Positions 62,582 through 64,000 of a stretch of DNA of 64,000 bases are shown piece after piece (the first letter of the stretch is position 1; each line of letters opens with the position of its first letter). The position numbers and the translations under genes were made by a program. Below the pieces are notes generated by a model. It searched no databases. It was not told the origin of the DNA and saw nothing but the letters and a program-made list of their open reading frames with translations. Source of the DNA: Octopus vulgaris (lineage: Eukaryota); the NCBI GenBank assembly GCA_951406725.2, contig OX597816.1, positions 81,840,001 to 81,904,000 on the forward strand, given 5' to 3'.

Positions 62582-62970
62582 TCTTTTATTCTTTTATTTG
62601 TTTCAGTCATTTGACTGCGGCCATGCTGGAACACTGCCTTTAGTCAAACAAATTGACCCCAGGACTTATTCTTTGTAAGCCTAGTACTTATTCTATCGGT
62701 CTCTATTGCTGAGCCTCTAAGTTATAGGGATGTTGACACACTATCATCAGTTGTCAAGCGATGGTGAGGGGATAAACACAGACACACACACACACACACA
62801 TATGTACGATGGGCTTCTTTCAGTTTTTGTCTACCAAATCCACTCACAAAGCTTTGGTCAGCCCAAGGCTATAGTAGAAGACACTTGTACAAGGTGCTAT
62901 GCAGTGGAACTGAACCCAGAACCATGTGGTTGGTAAGCAAGCTACTTATGACACTTCCACTCCTATGCCT
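62582..62970 (-). mobile_element. Full-length octopus-type tRNA/CORE SINE
   Basis: Uninterrupted copy of the 23605-24243 family. Confidence 0.88.
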
Positions 62971-64000
62971 GTTGAAATTATTTTGTTTTCTCTCTCAAAT
63001 GAAGAGTTAGTTCATATCAGATTCCTTTTCTCCTCATGCCATACATATCCAAACTACTATAGTAGAATGAAGTGACTTTGTGCCCTTAATACTTTGGTCT
63101 GTAGTCACATCATTTTCAGTTCAACCCCACTGCATGGCACTTTGGGTGGTAGTCTTATATCATAGCTTTGTGTTCACCCATATTTTGCATGGTAAGTTAG
63201 GTTGACAGAGACTGTAGAAGCCTGTCAGATGGATTGTACCTGTGCATGGATGGTAGAACTAATACATCATCTAATTTAACATTATCATCATTCTACTGCA
63301 GGTTCTTGAATCAAGTCACTAGTTATAGGATACCCTCCCCCACCTTTCCCTCTTGCCTCAGTGTTGAGTGGTGGGTGAGGGTGGCCTTGCAAAAATAATG
63401 GGCACTGCCTCTCTTATGGGATGCATTGTAATTTCTTGACATATTAGTCAATGGAATTATTGGAAGCAGTACAGCCAGATAGACTTCATTCTCACCAGGA
63501 CACTGGATAGACAGACATGATTGCTGTTGTGAATTATAATATCCTATCATTAATTCCTTTCTACAATAGTAAATAATAGATAGAAATATAGATATCTTAT
63601 TTTGTATTGAGTACAAAAATGCAGCATAGTGTTGAATGACATTGATAGATGGATACTGTCTTTACCTAATAATAAAGCAATGCATCTTAATTGTTGGCCA
63701 CCTGTGATTAATGGATTAGACGGCGAGCAGAATAAAGTTTGAATAAAAGCCTTCTTTGAACTGGTTTATGACAATTTTGAATATACAGTCTTTTCCTGGT
63801 GAAGAATGGAAGATAAATGCTGTGTCAGTGGGAAAAATATAATTTGTTGTAGATATAATATTTATTGGTAAGACAGGTGACTAATAAACTATGGAACAAA
63901 ATCAAAGACATAAGCTAAGGTAGACACAAGCATATATATTATTTATATTATTTGTGAGACAATTGACTGCAAAATAAATATTTTAAATTTTGATATATAT

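Overview
AT-rich, repeat-dense animal genomic DNA. The SINE/LINE families and gene content point to a coleoid cephalopod, most likely Octopus (inference, not database-checked). Three host genes are recognisable: (1) NRDE2, four phase-compatible internal exons on the minus strand (11400 to 2711), continuing off the left edge with 5' exons not located; (2) a complete maelstrom gene with an intron-free CDS (minus, 44411 to 42759, 550 aa; HMG box, MAEL domain with ECHC motif, C-terminal GRGRGRG); (3) the first three coding exons of GEMIN2 (plus, from 53900), divergent from mael. The rest is transposon debris: RTE-clade LINEs with a PHD finger inside the RT, CR1-like LINEs, tRNA-derived SINEs, non-autonomous Helitrons, hAT and piggyBac-type MITEs, mariner and DD37D relics and a Gypsy gag relic. 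The most striking non-coding signal is a set of unrelated hammerhead-ribozyme motifs in Penelope-like or retrozyme-like repeats. One has an intact core (29305-29400, minus); another sits in a tRNA-headed element arranged as a ~450 bp palindrome (36729-37176). There is one 100-N assembly gap at 11634-11733.
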